From Candidatus Parcubacteria bacterium (lineage in GTDB: Bacteria; Patescibacteriota; Minisyncoccia; UBA6257; HR35): DNA of 64,000 bases. Both the position numbers and the translations under genes were made by a program. The stretch spans positions 143,915 through 207,914 of the forward strand of contig BPJI01000001.1 in assembly GCA_026004535.1 (NCBI GenBank), given 5' to 3'. Positions 1 through 8,925 of this stretch are shown in pieces. Numbering within the stretch: the first letter of the stretch is position 1; every line of letters starts with the position of its first letter. The notes beneath the pieces were generated by a model. The model made no database searches and was not told the origin of the DNA. It saw nothing but the letters and a program-made list of their open reading frames with translations.

Positions 1-9
1 TTTATGTTC

Positions 10-993
10 TTATTTTTCTTTAATTGCTTGAAAAATTTTTTGAGTTATCTCCTTATTTTCTTTTAAAAATTCTCGAGCAGCTTGAAAACTACCTCCCAAT
101 TTTGTTTCTTCCCAAAAATAACTATTACCAGATTTTTTAACCACCCCTATTCTTTCAGCTAAATTTAATAAATCAGCTTCATAAGAAATACCTTCGTTAT
201 AGTAAATATCAAACTCAGCTGTTTTAAATGGTGGTGCAACTTTATTTTTAACAATTTTAGCCTTAATTTTGTTGCCAATAATTTCTTCTCCTTTTTTAAT
301 TTGACTAACTCGTTTAAGTTCAATTCTAACTGAAGCATAAAATTTTAAAGCTTTACCACCCGGTGTTGTTTCTTGGCCAGGAATCATCCCACCAATCATT
401 GCTCTTGTTTGATTAATAAAAATTAAGACTGTTCTTGTTTTGGAAATGATTCCAGTTAGTTTTCTTAAAGCTTGAGACATCATTCTTGCCTGAAGTCCAA
501 TAAATTGATCACCAACTTCGCCTTCAAGTTCAGCTCGAGGAACCAAAGCAGCAACTGAATCAACAATAATTAAATCAAAAAGACCTGAACGAATTAATTT
601 TTCAACAATATTCAAAGCATCTTCACCTGAATCAGGTTGGGAAATAACTAATTTCTCAATATTAACCCCAATTTTTTTAGCATAATCAGGATCTAAGGCA
701 TGTTCTGTGTCTATAAAAGCAACATTGCCATTTTCCTTTTGAACCTGAGCAGCAACTGATAAAGCTAGGGTTGTTTTACCTGATGATTCAGGCCCATAAA
801 TTTCAATAATTCTGCCTCGAGGAAGTCCACCAACTCCTAAGGCTAAATCTAAAGAAGGTGAGCCAGTTGAAATTACTTCGACATCAACCTTAGGAATTGT
901 TTCCAAAGTCATAATTGATCCTTCGCCAAATTCTTTCTTTAGTTCTTCTAAAAGTCCTTTTAGTTCTTTATTTTCTTTGCCAGCTTTCGTCAT
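10..993 (-). CDS. recA: Recombinase RecA
   Basis: 327 aa ORF; P-loop GPESSGKTT and a RecA-like core throughout. Confidence 0.95.
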   Translation of the reverse strand: MTKAGKENKELKGLLEELKKEFGEGSIMTLETIPKVDVEVISTGSPSLDLALGVGGLPRGRIIEIYGPESSGKTTLALSVAAQVQKENGNVAFIDTEHALDPDYAKKIGVNIEKLVISQPDSGEDALNIVEKLIRSGLFDLIIVDSVAALVPRAELEGEVGDQFIGLQARMMSQALRKLTGIISKTRTVLIFINQTRAMIGGMIPGQETTPGGKALKFYASVRIELKRVSQIKKGEEIIGNKIKAKIVKNKVAPPFKTAEFDIYYNEGISYEADLLNLAERIGVVKKSGNSYFWEETKLGGSFQAAREFLKENKEITQKIFQAIKEK

Positions 994-1328
994 CTGGGTA
1001 AATAAATTATTTCTCTTTCAATTTTTGTTTCTTGACCCCAAAATTTTTTTTCTTTAATTATAAATCTATTAAGACCTTCTTTTAAATAAAAAGTTTTTTC
1101 AAAGTAACCTTGATCATCAAAATAAACAGGCAGTTCATTAATAAATAGATCTCCTCTTTTATCAGCAAAACCTTTAAAATCAATACTATTATTATAAACG
1201 GTAATTTTATTTGGAGGATAGATTATTTTTATTTTTGGAGGCAAAGCTAAGTCAATGAAGTTATAAAGATTGAAAATCAAGAGCGAGGTTAAAAGAAGAA
1301 TAATGAAGTTTTCAGGCAAAAGGATCAT
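990..1328 (-). CDS. Hypothetical small protein with N-terminal TM helix, start overlaps recA by 4 nt
   Basis: 112 aa ORF; hydrophobic N-terminus; ATGA overlap with recA suggests co-transcription. Confidence 0.4.
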   Translation of the reverse strand: MILLPENFIILLLTSLLIFNLYNFIDLALPPKIKIIYPPNKITVYNNSIDFKGFADKRGDLFINELPVYFDDQGYFEKTFYLKEGLNRFIIKEKKFWGQETKIEREIIYLPR

Positions 1329-1331
1329 TTT

Positions 1332-1404
1332 GAGCGGCGGACGGGATTTGAACCCGCGACCTTCTCCATGGCAAGGAGACGTTCTACCACTGAACTACCG
1401 CCGC
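1332..1404 (-). tRNA. tRNA-Gly (anticodon GCC)
   Basis: Reverse complement gcggcggtagttcagtggtagaacg...ttGCCat...ggttcaaatcccgtccgccgctc gives a cloverleaf; 7-nt anticodon loop TTGCCAT. Confidence 0.85.
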
Positions 1405-1456
1405 AATACAGCTTCACAGCTTCTTGGCTTCACAGCTTATTAGTAATTTTATTATA

Positions 1457-3520
1457 TCATAGCTCAAAAGAAGAATTATTGCTTTCTAAATCTTCTTTTG
1501 TAATCAATACTTTTCTTGGTTTAGAGCCTTCTTGGGGTCCGATAATTCCTTTTTCTTCCATTAAATCTAAAAGTCTAGCTGCTCGAGCATAGCCAATTTT
1601 TAATCTTCTTTGAAGCAATGAGGTTGAAGCTTTACCAGCTTCTAAAACAATATCGATTGCTTGTCTAAATAATTCTTCGTCTTCATTAGCTTCAAAGGTT
1701 CCTAGTTTTACAGCTTCTATTTCTTCAATCGGAATTTTTTGTCTTTCAAATTGAGGTAATTCTTCTGCTTGATCTTTCCAAAAATCGATAACTTTATGGA
1801 TTTCTGTTTCAGTAATAAATGGCGCTTTGATCCTGAGTGGTTGGTGTAAAGTAGTTGAGATAAAAAGTCCATCACCCGAGCCAATTAATTTTTCGGCACC
1901 CCCAGTATCTAAAACAGTTCGTGAATCAACATAAGAAGCAACTTTAAAACAGAGTCGATTTGGAACATTAGCTTTAATCAAACCAGTGACAACATCAACT
2001 GATGGTCTTTGGGTTGCTAAAACTAAATGAATACCAGTTGCCCTTGCCATTTGGGTTAGTCTGATAATCATTGATTCAATATTCGAACCATAAGTAACCA
2101 TTAAATCTGCTAATTCATCAATTGCTAATAAAATTCTTGGCATTATTTTTTCTTTGCGGTTTAACTGTTTCTGATTGTATGAATCAATATCTCTTGATTT
2201 TGTTTCTTGTAAGAGTTTATATCTTTCTTCCATTTCCTCTATTAACCAGTTAAAAACGGCTAAAGTTTTTTTAGCCTCAACAACGGGATCCATAATTAAA
2301 TGAGGTAAATCACTATAATTTATTAGTTCAACTCTTTTAGGGTCAATTAAAATTAAGCTTAGTGTTTCTGGCGTATTTTTCATTAACAACGATATCAAAA
2401 GATTATGAATGAATATTGATTTTCCTGAACCGGTTGTTCCGGCAATTAAAAGATGAGGCATTTTAGCTAAATCAGCAAACAAAACCTCGCCATTTATTTT
2501 TCGCCCAACAGGAAAACTAAGCAAAGGTCCTTCAAGAAACTCTTTTTCTCTTAAAAGATTACCTAAACGAACTACGGCTGATTTTTTGTTTGGCACTTGA
2601 ATACCTAAAACAGCCTTGTCTGGAATTGGTGTTTCAATAATTAAATTTGGTGTTCCTAATGCTAAGGCTAAGTCTGATTGATATGATAGAATTTTCGAAA
2701 GTTTAATTCCTTCGCCTGGTTTGAGAGCAAATCTTGTTATTGCTGGTCCAATTTCAACATCAATAATCTCAACTTTGATGCCAAAATTTTCTAATGTTTT
2801 TTGGATAATTTGCGATGTTGATTTAATGTCAGGAGCTAAAACCTCTTCTTTACCATGAGAAATTAAATCTAGAGGAGGCAATTTCCAAATACTTTTAGGC
2901 AAAACTTTCCTTGTTTTAATTTTTATTTTTTCTTTTAGTTTATTGTTAGTAATTTCTTTTTTAACAGTTTTTACTGGTTCTGACTCAACTGTTACAACTT
3001 TAACTTGTTTAACTTTGTTTTCAATCTCTTCTAACGTTTTTTGGGTTGATTGGAAAACTGTTTTTAATAATTCAAATAATCTTTCTTCTAAAATTAACCA
3101 TAAACCAAAAAATAGAAAAATAAATGAAAGCAATATTAAGCCATAAAGACCAATATAAGTAGAGAAAGATAATAAAATTGAACCAATCTCGCCTCCTTGA
3201 CGGAAAATTAAATGAAGGAAAAAGTTAAAAAATAAAAATAGAATTAAAAGACCCGAAAATTGTCTTAGTAATTTTAACCAGGTTGGTTTTTGGAAAAGAA
3301 AATAGCCTAAAAAAACAAAGAAAGGAATTAATAAATAACTATTCCAAGCAAAAATAAAAGTTAAAGCATTTTTTATTTTTGAGGTTAAAATACCTCCATT
3401 AGAAAAAAGTGAGATAAACAAAACCCCAGCTAAAATAAAACAAATAAAACCCAAAGCTTGCTTAAAACTTTCTTTAATAAAAATTTCCTTGAAAACAGAT
3501 TTATTATTTCTTTTCGCCAT
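1457..3520 (-). CDS. ftsK: DNA translocase FtsK/SpoIIIE with N-terminal membrane domain
   Basis: 687 aa; N-terminal TM helices; Walker A GTTGSGKS; C-terminal winged-helix gamma-like domain. Confidence 0.9.
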   Translation of the reverse strand: MAKRNNKSVFKEIFIKESFKQALGFICFILAGVLFISLFSNGGILTSKIKNALTFIFAWNSYLLIPFFVFLGYFLFQKPTWLKLLRQFSGLLILFLFFNFFLHLIFRQGGEIGSILLSFSTYIGLYGLILLSFIFLFFGLWLILEERLFELLKTVFQSTQKTLEEIENKVKQVKVVTVESEPVKTVKKEITNNKLKEKIKIKTRKVLPKSIWKLPPLDLISHGKEEVLAPDIKSTSQIIQKTLENFGIKVEIIDVEIGPAITRFALKPGEGIKLSKILSYQSDLALALGTPNLIIETPIPDKAVLGIQVPNKKSAVVRLGNLLREKEFLEGPLLSFPVGRKINGEVLFADLAKMPHLLIAGTTGSGKSIFIHNLLISLLMKNTPETLSLILIDPKRVELINYSDLPHLIMDPVVEAKKTLAVFNWLIEEMEERYKLLQETKSRDIDSYNQKQLNRKEKIMPRILLAIDELADLMVTYGSNIESMIIRLTQMARATGIHLVLATQRPSVDVVTGLIKANVPNRLCFKVASYVDSRTVLDTGGAEKLIGSGDGLFISTTLHQPLRIKAPFITETEIHKVIDFWKDQAEELPQFERQKIPIEEIEAVKLGTFEANEDEELFRQAIDIVLEAGKASTSLLQRRLKIGYARAARLLDLMEEKGIIGPQEGSKPRKVLITKEDLESNNSSFEL

Positions 3521-3543
3521 TCTTGTAAAATTATAAAAAACAA

Positions 3544-3990
3544 ATGGTTTTAATTCAAAATCGCGAGGCTTTGAGAAATTATGAAATCTTAGAGAGATTT
3601 GTTGCTGGAATTGAGCTTAAAGGCTTTGAAGTTAAAGCTTTATTTTCAGGCAAAGGTAGTTTAAAGGGGGCTTATGTTTCTTATAAGGGAGATGAATTAT
3701 TTTTGAAAAATTTTAATTTGCCTCCTTATCAGTCTCAAAATACCCCCCGAGACTATGAGCCAACCCGAGATCGAAAATTACTTTTACATCGTAAAGAGAT
3801 TAATTATCTTTTAAACAAAATCAAACAACCAGGTTTGACAATTGTGCCCCTAAAGATTTATAATCAAAATAGATTAATAAAGGTTGAAATTGCTTTAGTT
3901 AAGGGTCTTAAAAAATATGAAAAAAGAGAGAAAATTAGAAAAAGAGAATTTCAAAGGCAAAAAGAAAGAATTCTAAAAGGCAGAATTTGA
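3544..3990 (+). CDS. smpB: SsrA-binding protein SmpB
   Basis: 148 aa; matches SmpB along its length (ALRNYEILERFVAGIELKGFEVK...). Confidence 0.9.
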   Translation: MVLIQNREALRNYEILERFVAGIELKGFEVKALFSGKGSLKGAYVSYKGDELFLKNFNLPPYQSQNTPRDYEPTRDRKLLLHRKEINYLLNKIKQPGLTIVPLKIYNQNRLIKVEIALVKGLKKYEKREKIRKREFQRQKERILKGRI

Positions 3991-4156
3991 TTCGTTAACC
4001 ATTAACATAACTGAAGTATGATACCGGGTCATCCCGAACCGTGCTCTGCTCTGGTGCGGGGTAAAGGTAAACAGAAATGACTAAGAGAAAACAGAAAGTT
4101 TATCCTAATTGCAAAAGGCCGATGAATAAATACTACTACTAAGCCAATAAACCGAA

Positions 4157-4498
4157 ATGAGCAAAATCGGTTCAGTTATTTTAATAATAATTTTTCTAAT
4201 AAATTTTGTCTTGGCTCAAAATAGTATTGATCAAGCTCAAGTAAAGATAATGAAAATCTTGACTAATATTATTAAATTTGCCTTTTCTGTTTTAATGATT
4301 TTAGGAAGTGGCTTATTGATTTTTTTAGGCTTAATGTATATTTTAGGTAAAGGAAAATATACATCTCCTTTTGGGGGAAAAGATGAGGTAATCGTTCATA
4401 AAGCAATTCTTTATTTAATTTTAGGAATTGTTCTTTTGATCACTTCTTTTTTTATACCTAATATTATTAAGAATTTTATTGAAAGTTCAATTAGATGA
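4157..4498 (+). CDS. Small membrane protein with signal peptide plus two TM segments (TrbC/VirB2-pilin-like topology)
   Basis: 113 aa; cleavable N-terminal signal followed by two hydrophobic helices; no catalytic motif. Confidence 0.4.
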   Translation: MSKIGSVILIIIFLINFVLAQNSIDQAQVKIMKILTNIIKFAFSVLMILGSGLLIFLGLMYILGKGKYTSPFGGKDEVIVHKAILYLILGIVLLITSFFIPNIIKNFIESSIR

Positions 4499-5472
4499 AA
4501 ATTGTAATTTTCGGTGGTGGCACGGGTCTTTCAAATATTTTGACTGGTTTGAAAAAGGATTATGGAAAGAAAATAAAAAATTTAACTGCTGTTGTAACTG
4601 TGGCTGATTCTGGAGGAAGTTCAGGAATTTTGCGTCAAGTTTATGACATCCCGGCGGTTGGTGATTTAAGAAATTGTCTTTTAGCTTTATCAAATATCGA
4701 AAATTATGTTCGTAAAGTTATGCAATATAGATTTACTGAGGGCCAAGGATTAAGGGGCCATCCTTTGGGTAATTTATTTTTAGTTGCCTTGTTAGAAACA
4801 GAGGGTAATATTTTAAAAGCAGTAAAAAAAGCAGCAAAAATTTTAAATATTTCAGGTGAAGTATTTCCAGTTACGTTTGAAAAAACAGAATTAATAGCTT
4901 TTTTTGAGGATAAGAGTAAAATTGTTGGTGAAAATGAAATTACTAATTATGGCATTCTAAGTCAAAAAAGAATTGTTTCCTTAAAAATAAGACCAGAGAA
5001 TCCAAAAGTGCCAAAAGAATTAGTTAAAAGAATTGAAGTAGCTGATGTTTTAATTTTTGGTCCAGGAAGTCTCTATACTAGCATCTTGCCTAATGTTTTG
5101 ATTAAAAAAATTAAAGAAACAATTGAAAAATCTAAAGCTTTAAGAATTTTTATTGTTAATTTATTAACCCAGCCAGGAGAAACAGACAATTTTTCTGCTA
5201 GTCAACATTTAAAAGAATTTTTGCGAATTTCTGGTTTAAATAAAATTGATATTGCTATTTTAAACTGTGGGAAACCTTCTAAAGAACAGGAAGCAAGAAT
5301 AAAGGATGAAAATAAAAAATTAGTTGAAAATGATTTGGAAGAATTAGAAAAGATGGGGGTTAAATTTTATTTAGCTGATTTAATTAATCAAAAAGATATT
5401 TATGTTAAACATGATCCTTTTAGATTAAGAGATGTAATTTTAAAAATAGTAAAGGATTATGATATAATTTAA
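4495..5472 (+). CDS. YvcK/CofD-family protein (gluconeogenesis factor / UPF0052)
   Basis: 325 aa; N-terminal GGGTGL and DSGGSSG motifs typical of YvcK/CofD. Confidence 0.8.
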   Translation: MKIVIFGGGTGLSNILTGLKKDYGKKIKNLTAVVTVADSGGSSGILRQVYDIPAVGDLRNCLLALSNIENYVRKVMQYRFTEGQGLRGHPLGNLFLVALLETEGNILKAVKKAAKILNISGEVFPVTFEKTELIAFFEDKSKIVGENEITNYGILSQKRIVSLKIRPENPKVPKELVKRIEVADVLIFGPGSLYTSILPNVLIKKIKETIEKSKALRIFIVNLLTQPGETDNFSASQHLKEFLRISGLNKIDIAILNCGKPSKEQEARIKDENKKLVENDLEELEKMGVKFYLADLINQKDIYVKHDPFRLRDVILKIVKDYDII

Positions 5473-5474
5473 TA

Positions 5475-5636
5475 ATGGCAGTTAAAACAAGAAATTTAAT
5501 TAAATTAAGATGCGAAAATTGCCAAAGAGTTAATTATTATTATTGGAAGAAAAAAGGAGCTGAATATAAATTAAATTTAAAAAAATATTGTCCAAATTGC
5601 CGAAAACATACAAATCACAAAGAAGCAAGAAAATAA
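5475..5636 (+). CDS. rpmG: 50S ribosomal protein L33
   Basis: 53 aa ORF absent from the track (MAVKTRNLIKLRCENCQRVNYYYWKKKGAEYKLNLKKYCPNCRKHTNHKEARK); CxxC...CxxC zinc ribbon and L33-like sequence. Confidence 0.8.
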   Translation: MAVKTRNLIKLRCENCQRVNYYYWKKKGAEYKLNLKKYCPNCRKHTNHKEARK

Positions 5637-5677
5637 AAGTCGGAAGCTGAGAAGTTATGAAGCTGTGAAGTTAGCAT

Positions 5678-5751
5678 AGGGGAGTAGCTCCAATTGGCAG
5701 AGCGGCGGTCTCCAAAACCGCAGGTTGTGGGTTCGAGTCCCACCTCCCCTG
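5678..5751 (+). tRNA. tRNA-Trp (anticodon CCA)
   Basis: aggggagtagctcaattggcagagcggcggtctCCAaaaccgcaggttgtgggttcgagtcccacctcccctg cloverleaf. Confidence 0.8.
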
Positions 5752-5929
5752 CAATTCAATCAAGGGGAAGGTGGGCGAGAATACGCTAATATCCAAGTCA
5801 ATCGTGTAAACAAAATCCTTTCATTTCATCGTTGATAACTAGTTAAATATTGTTTTGTTGTTATGGCATTCAGTCACACAACCCAACAGACAAATAAAGA
5901 GCACGGAGTTTATCGTTTTCGCCCCGCAA

Positions 5930-6487
5930 TCATAATCCCAACTCCTCGCTAATTTCTTGCATTGCTTTTAGAGCTATTTCCGCTAATTCTTCTAATTTCA
6001 ATCCTAACATTTCGTCAGCTTTTAAAATTATTTCTCGATTAACTCCTTTAGCAAAGGATGGTTCTTTAAATTTGTTTAAAATTCTTTCAACAGTAACCTC
6101 GCTCAATTTTTTATTCGGCATTACTAAAGCAACAGCAACAATTAATCCAGTTATTTCTTCACAACAATATAAAGCTTTTTCTAATTTTGTTTCAGGAATT
6201 AAACCTTGAAGATGGTTATGTTTTCTTATAGCTTCAATCACTTCTTGAGGGAAGCCTTCTTTGGTTAAAATTTCAACAGCGATTAAAGGATGTTTTTCGG
6301 GTGTTTCTTTGGTTATTTCCCAGTCTAAATCATGTAAAAGCCCAGCTAAAGCCCAAATTTCTTCATCTTCGTCATATTTTTTCGCTAAATGTCTCATTAA
6401 ATTTTCAGTAGCTAAAAGGTGCTTTTTTAAATTTTGATTTTGGATATATTGATCAATCAATTGTAGCGCTTTTTCACGAAGATTCAT
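5930..6487 (-). CDS. HD-domain phosphohydrolase
   Basis: 185 aa; H...HD motif (LLHDLD) and a second His cluster. Confidence 0.7.
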   Translation of the reverse strand: MNLREKALQLIDQYIQNQNLKKHLLATENLMRHLAKKYDEDEEIWALAGLLHDLDWEITKETPEKHPLIAVEILTKEGFPQEVIEAIRKHNHLQGLIPETKLEKALYCCEEITGLIVAVALVMPNKKLSEVTVERILNKFKEPSFAKGVNREIILKADEMLGLKLEELAEIALKAMQEISEELGL

Positions 6488-6548
6488 TTTCGATTTTTTT
6501 TAATCCGACATTTATTAAATTATAATATAAAATAAATAAATATAATTG

Positions 6549-6632
6549 GCGCGAGTGGCGGAATTGGTAGACGCGCAGCCTTGAGGGGGCTGTGGGAGAA
6601 TTCCCGTGTGGGTTCGAGTCCCACCTCGCGCA
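6549..6632 (+). tRNA. tRNA-Leu (anticodon GAG)
   Basis: gcgcgagtggcggaattggtagacgcgcagccttGAGggggctgtg + long variable arm + gggttcgagtcccacctcgcgca. Confidence 0.85.
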
Positions 6633-6648
6633 AATAGGTGAGTGAGAG

Positions 6649-6957
6649 ATGAAAATAATTTATTATTTTAAAAATTTAAGATTGTCACAGGCAGAAATAG
6701 AATTTATTAAGAAACAGACGAATAAAATAAGGAGATTATTTAAAGATAAAAAAGAAATCGAAAAAGAATCTTTAATTGAGGTTGAATTAACCAAAGATAA
6801 AGAAATTAAAGCTAAAGAGGGAATTTATAAAACAAAAATAATTTTAGACCTACCAGATAGGTCTTTGATTATAGCCAAGGGAGTTGGCAAGAATATTTTT
6901 CAAGCAATAAATGATGGGTTTGAAAAATTGAACAGGCAATTAAGACAAAAACCCTAA
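6649..6957 (+). CDS. hpf: Ribosome hibernation promoting factor (HPF/RaiA, short form)
   Basis: 102 aa; fold-wide similarity to HPF/YfiA (LRLSQAEIEFIKKQ...AINDGFEKLNRQLRQ). Confidence 0.65.
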   Translation: MKIIYYFKNLRLSQAEIEFIKKQTNKIRRLFKDKKEIEKESLIEVELTKDKEIKAKEGIYKTKIILDLPDRSLIIAKGVGKNIFQAINDGFEKLNRQLRQKP

Positions 6958-8649
6958 TTTCTGCCAAAAATCAATTACAAATTTTTGATAATCTAATTTA
7001 TCTAAAGCAATCTCGTCTAATTTTTCTTCCATTAAAGCAGTAAATTTTAAATCGATAATCTCAGGATATTTTTCTAATAAAAATTTATAAACAGCTTCTC
7101 CCTTTTCAGTTGGTTTTAAAAAATTTTTTTCTTTAATAATATAATTTCTTTTCTTTAGAATTTCAATTATTGGTACATAAGTAGAGGGCCGGCCAATACC
7201 TAGTTCTTTCATTTTTTTAATTAAACTTGCTTCATTAAATCTTGACGGAGGTTTTGTTTCGATTTTCTTAAAGTCAAGGTTTAAAATAGTAAAAATTTCT
7301 TTTTCTTTAACTTCTGGTTTTAGGGAAAATTTTTCTTTGATTGGATAAACTCTGCTAAAACCATCAAAAACAAGCTCTTTATTTATGGCTAAAAATATAT
7401 AACCCTGATTATTACCTGATATACTACCCGGATTATTACCGGATAAATTCCCTGGATAAGAACTGGATATCCGGTTTATATCTGGGTAATTAATTTCATC
7501 CGGTTTATATCCGGGCAACTTCTGCATAAATATATATTTACTTTCTAAATACTCCAATGGTTTAAAATGACTAGCAATTGTCATCATTAAAATTAATTGC
7601 CAAAGTTTCAAAAAATCTTTAGTCAAATTTGGTTTTTCTAAAGAAGTTGGTCTAATAGCCTCATGAGCTTCAAAACTAATTTTTTCTTTTTTAAATCTTG
7701 GTAAAGAAAAATAATTTTTACCATAATTTTCTTCAATAAATTTTTTGATTTTTAAAGAAAAATTTTTATTAATCAAATGACTATCAGTTCGATGATAAGT
7801 AATATAACCAGCTTCAAATAATTTTTGAGCAATAAACATTGTCTTTTTTGGAGTAAATTTTAAAAATTGATAAGCTATTCTTTGTAAATTTTCAGTATCT
7901 AAAGGAAGTGGAGGATAAATTTTCTTTTTTTCTTCAATAATTTTTTCTAGTTTCAAATTTTTAATTTTTAAAACATCTTTTTTAATTTTCTCCAATTCTT
8001 CTTTCTTAATTTTTAAAATTTTTAAATTTTTATCAACTAAAACTAAAGGCAAAGGAAAATTTTCTAAAAAAGCGTAAACATTAAAATACTCTTCTTTTTT
8101 AAAATTTCTAATTTCTTCTTCTCTTTCAACAATTAATCTTAAAGCTGCCGATTGGACCCTGCCAGCAGATGAACCAATTTTGTTTTGCCATAAAATTGGT
8201 GATAGAGTATAGCCAAAAATTCTATCTAAGTATCTTCTTCCTTTTTGAGCCTTAACTAAACTTTCATTAATTTGAGTTAAATTTTTTAAGGCCTGATAAA
8301 AAGCAGTTGGAATTATTTCATGAACAAAAATTCTTTTAATTTTTGAATGCTCTTTTTCGGGTAAAATCATTTTGATTTCACAAGCAATCATTTCTCCTTC
8401 TCTGTCTGGATCTGTAGCTAAAATTATCTTTTCTGCTTTTTGAGCTAGTTTTTTTATCTTTTCAATTATTTTCTTTTTACCTTTAATCGGTACATATTTA
8501 GCCTCAATTTGATTGTTTCTTAAATAAATGCCAAAAGAATTTTGAGGTAAATCCAATAAATGGCCATAAGTTGCTAAAACATAATAGCCTTTCAAAAATT
8601 TTCTAATTGTTTTTGCTTTTGTTGGTGATTCAACTATTAAAAGTTTCAT
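6940..8649 (-). CDS. topA: DNA topoisomerase I (type IA), with an in-frame repeat-derived low-complexity insert
   Basis: 569 aa; N-terminal Toprim (PDREGE); active-site region GIGRPSTY; insert ...LPGYKPDEINYPDINRISSSYPGNLSGNNPGSISGNN encoded by the CCGGATAA repeat family. Confidence 0.85.
   Translation of the reverse strand: MKLLIVESPTKAKTIRKFLKGYYVLATYGHLLDLPQNSFGIYLRNNQIEAKYVPIKGKKKIIEKIKKLAQKAEKIILATDPDREGEMIACEIKMILPEKEHSKIKRIFVHEIIPTAFYQALKNLTQINESLVKAQKGRRYLDRIFGYTLSPILWQNKIGSSAGRVQSAALRLIVEREEEIRNFKKEEYFNVYAFLENFPLPLVLVDKNLKILKIKKEELEKIKKDVLKIKNLKLEKIIEEKKKIYPPLPLDTENLQRIAYQFLKFTPKKTMFIAQKLFEAGYITYHRTDSHLINKNFSLKIKKFIEENYGKNYFSLPRFKKEKISFEAHEAIRPTSLEKPNLTKDFLKLWQLILMMTIASHFKPLEYLESKYIFMQKLPGYKPDEINYPDINRISSSYPGNLSGNNPGSISGNNQGYIFLAINKELVFDGFSRVYPIKEKFSLKPEVKEKEIFTILNLDFKKIETKPPSRFNEASLIKKMKELGIGRPSTYVPIIEILKKRNYIIKEKNFLKPTEKGEAVYKFLLEKYPEIIDLKFTALMEEKLDEIALDKLDYQKFVIDFWQKLGFLS
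7399..7518. repeat. In-frame array of TACCCGGAT/ACCGGATAA-type units inside topA
   Basis: tactacccggattattaccggataaattccctggataag...atccggtttatatccgggcaa; same unit family as at 11250, 55481 and 60845. Confidence 0.8.
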
Positions 8650-8654
8650 CTAAT

Positions 8655-8925
8655 AATTAATCCACGGATTTACACGGATTAATAATCACCACGGATTAAC
8701 ACGGATAAAGTATTACCCCACTGATTAACACGGATTTATAGTAACCACTGATTATCACGGATAACATACTAATCCACTGATTAACACGGATCTATTATAA
8801 TCCGCGTATATCCGTGGTTAAATAATATCCGCGCATATCCGTGTGAATCCGCGGTTTATAATAATCCGCATATATCCGTGGCTAATTATATCCGCGTAAA
8901 TCCGCGGCTAAATAAAATTTTCCTC
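8655..8925. repeat. Dense inverted array of ~25 CACGGAT / ATCCGYG heptamer units (~11 bp phasing) between topA and dprA, extending into the dprA 3' end
   Basis: Left half in cacggat orientation (ccacggatttacacggattaataatcaccacggattaacacggataa...); right half inverted (atccgcgtatatccgtgg...atccgcgtaaatccgcggc). Confidence 0.85.

Noticed and set aside
1368-1592. 74-aa plus-strand ORF
   Set aside because: It overlaps tRNA-Gly(GCC) and the 3' end of ftsK on the opposite strand, so it is spurious.
3991-4156. tmRNA (ssrA) expected next to smpB
   Set aside because: Only 166 nt are available. There is no tRNA-like acceptor/T-arm and no plausible tag-peptide ORF ending in hydrophobic residues plus stop.
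5752-5929. Relatively GC-rich 180-nt spacer after tRNA-Trp as a candidate ncRNA (for example RNase P)
   Set aside because: It is too short and lacks RNase P/SRP conserved blocks. The only notable feature is a segment (aggggaaggtggg) complementary to the tRNA 3' end, which is probably a terminator or processing hairpin.
8655-8925. Possible CRISPR array. The same question applies to 55481-55753, 60845-61181 and 57305-57485.
   Set aside because: Units are only 7-11 bp and degenerate, with 3-5 bp AT spacers instead of unique ~30 bp spacers. The arrays are inverted halves, occur inside coding sequence, and there are no cas genes.
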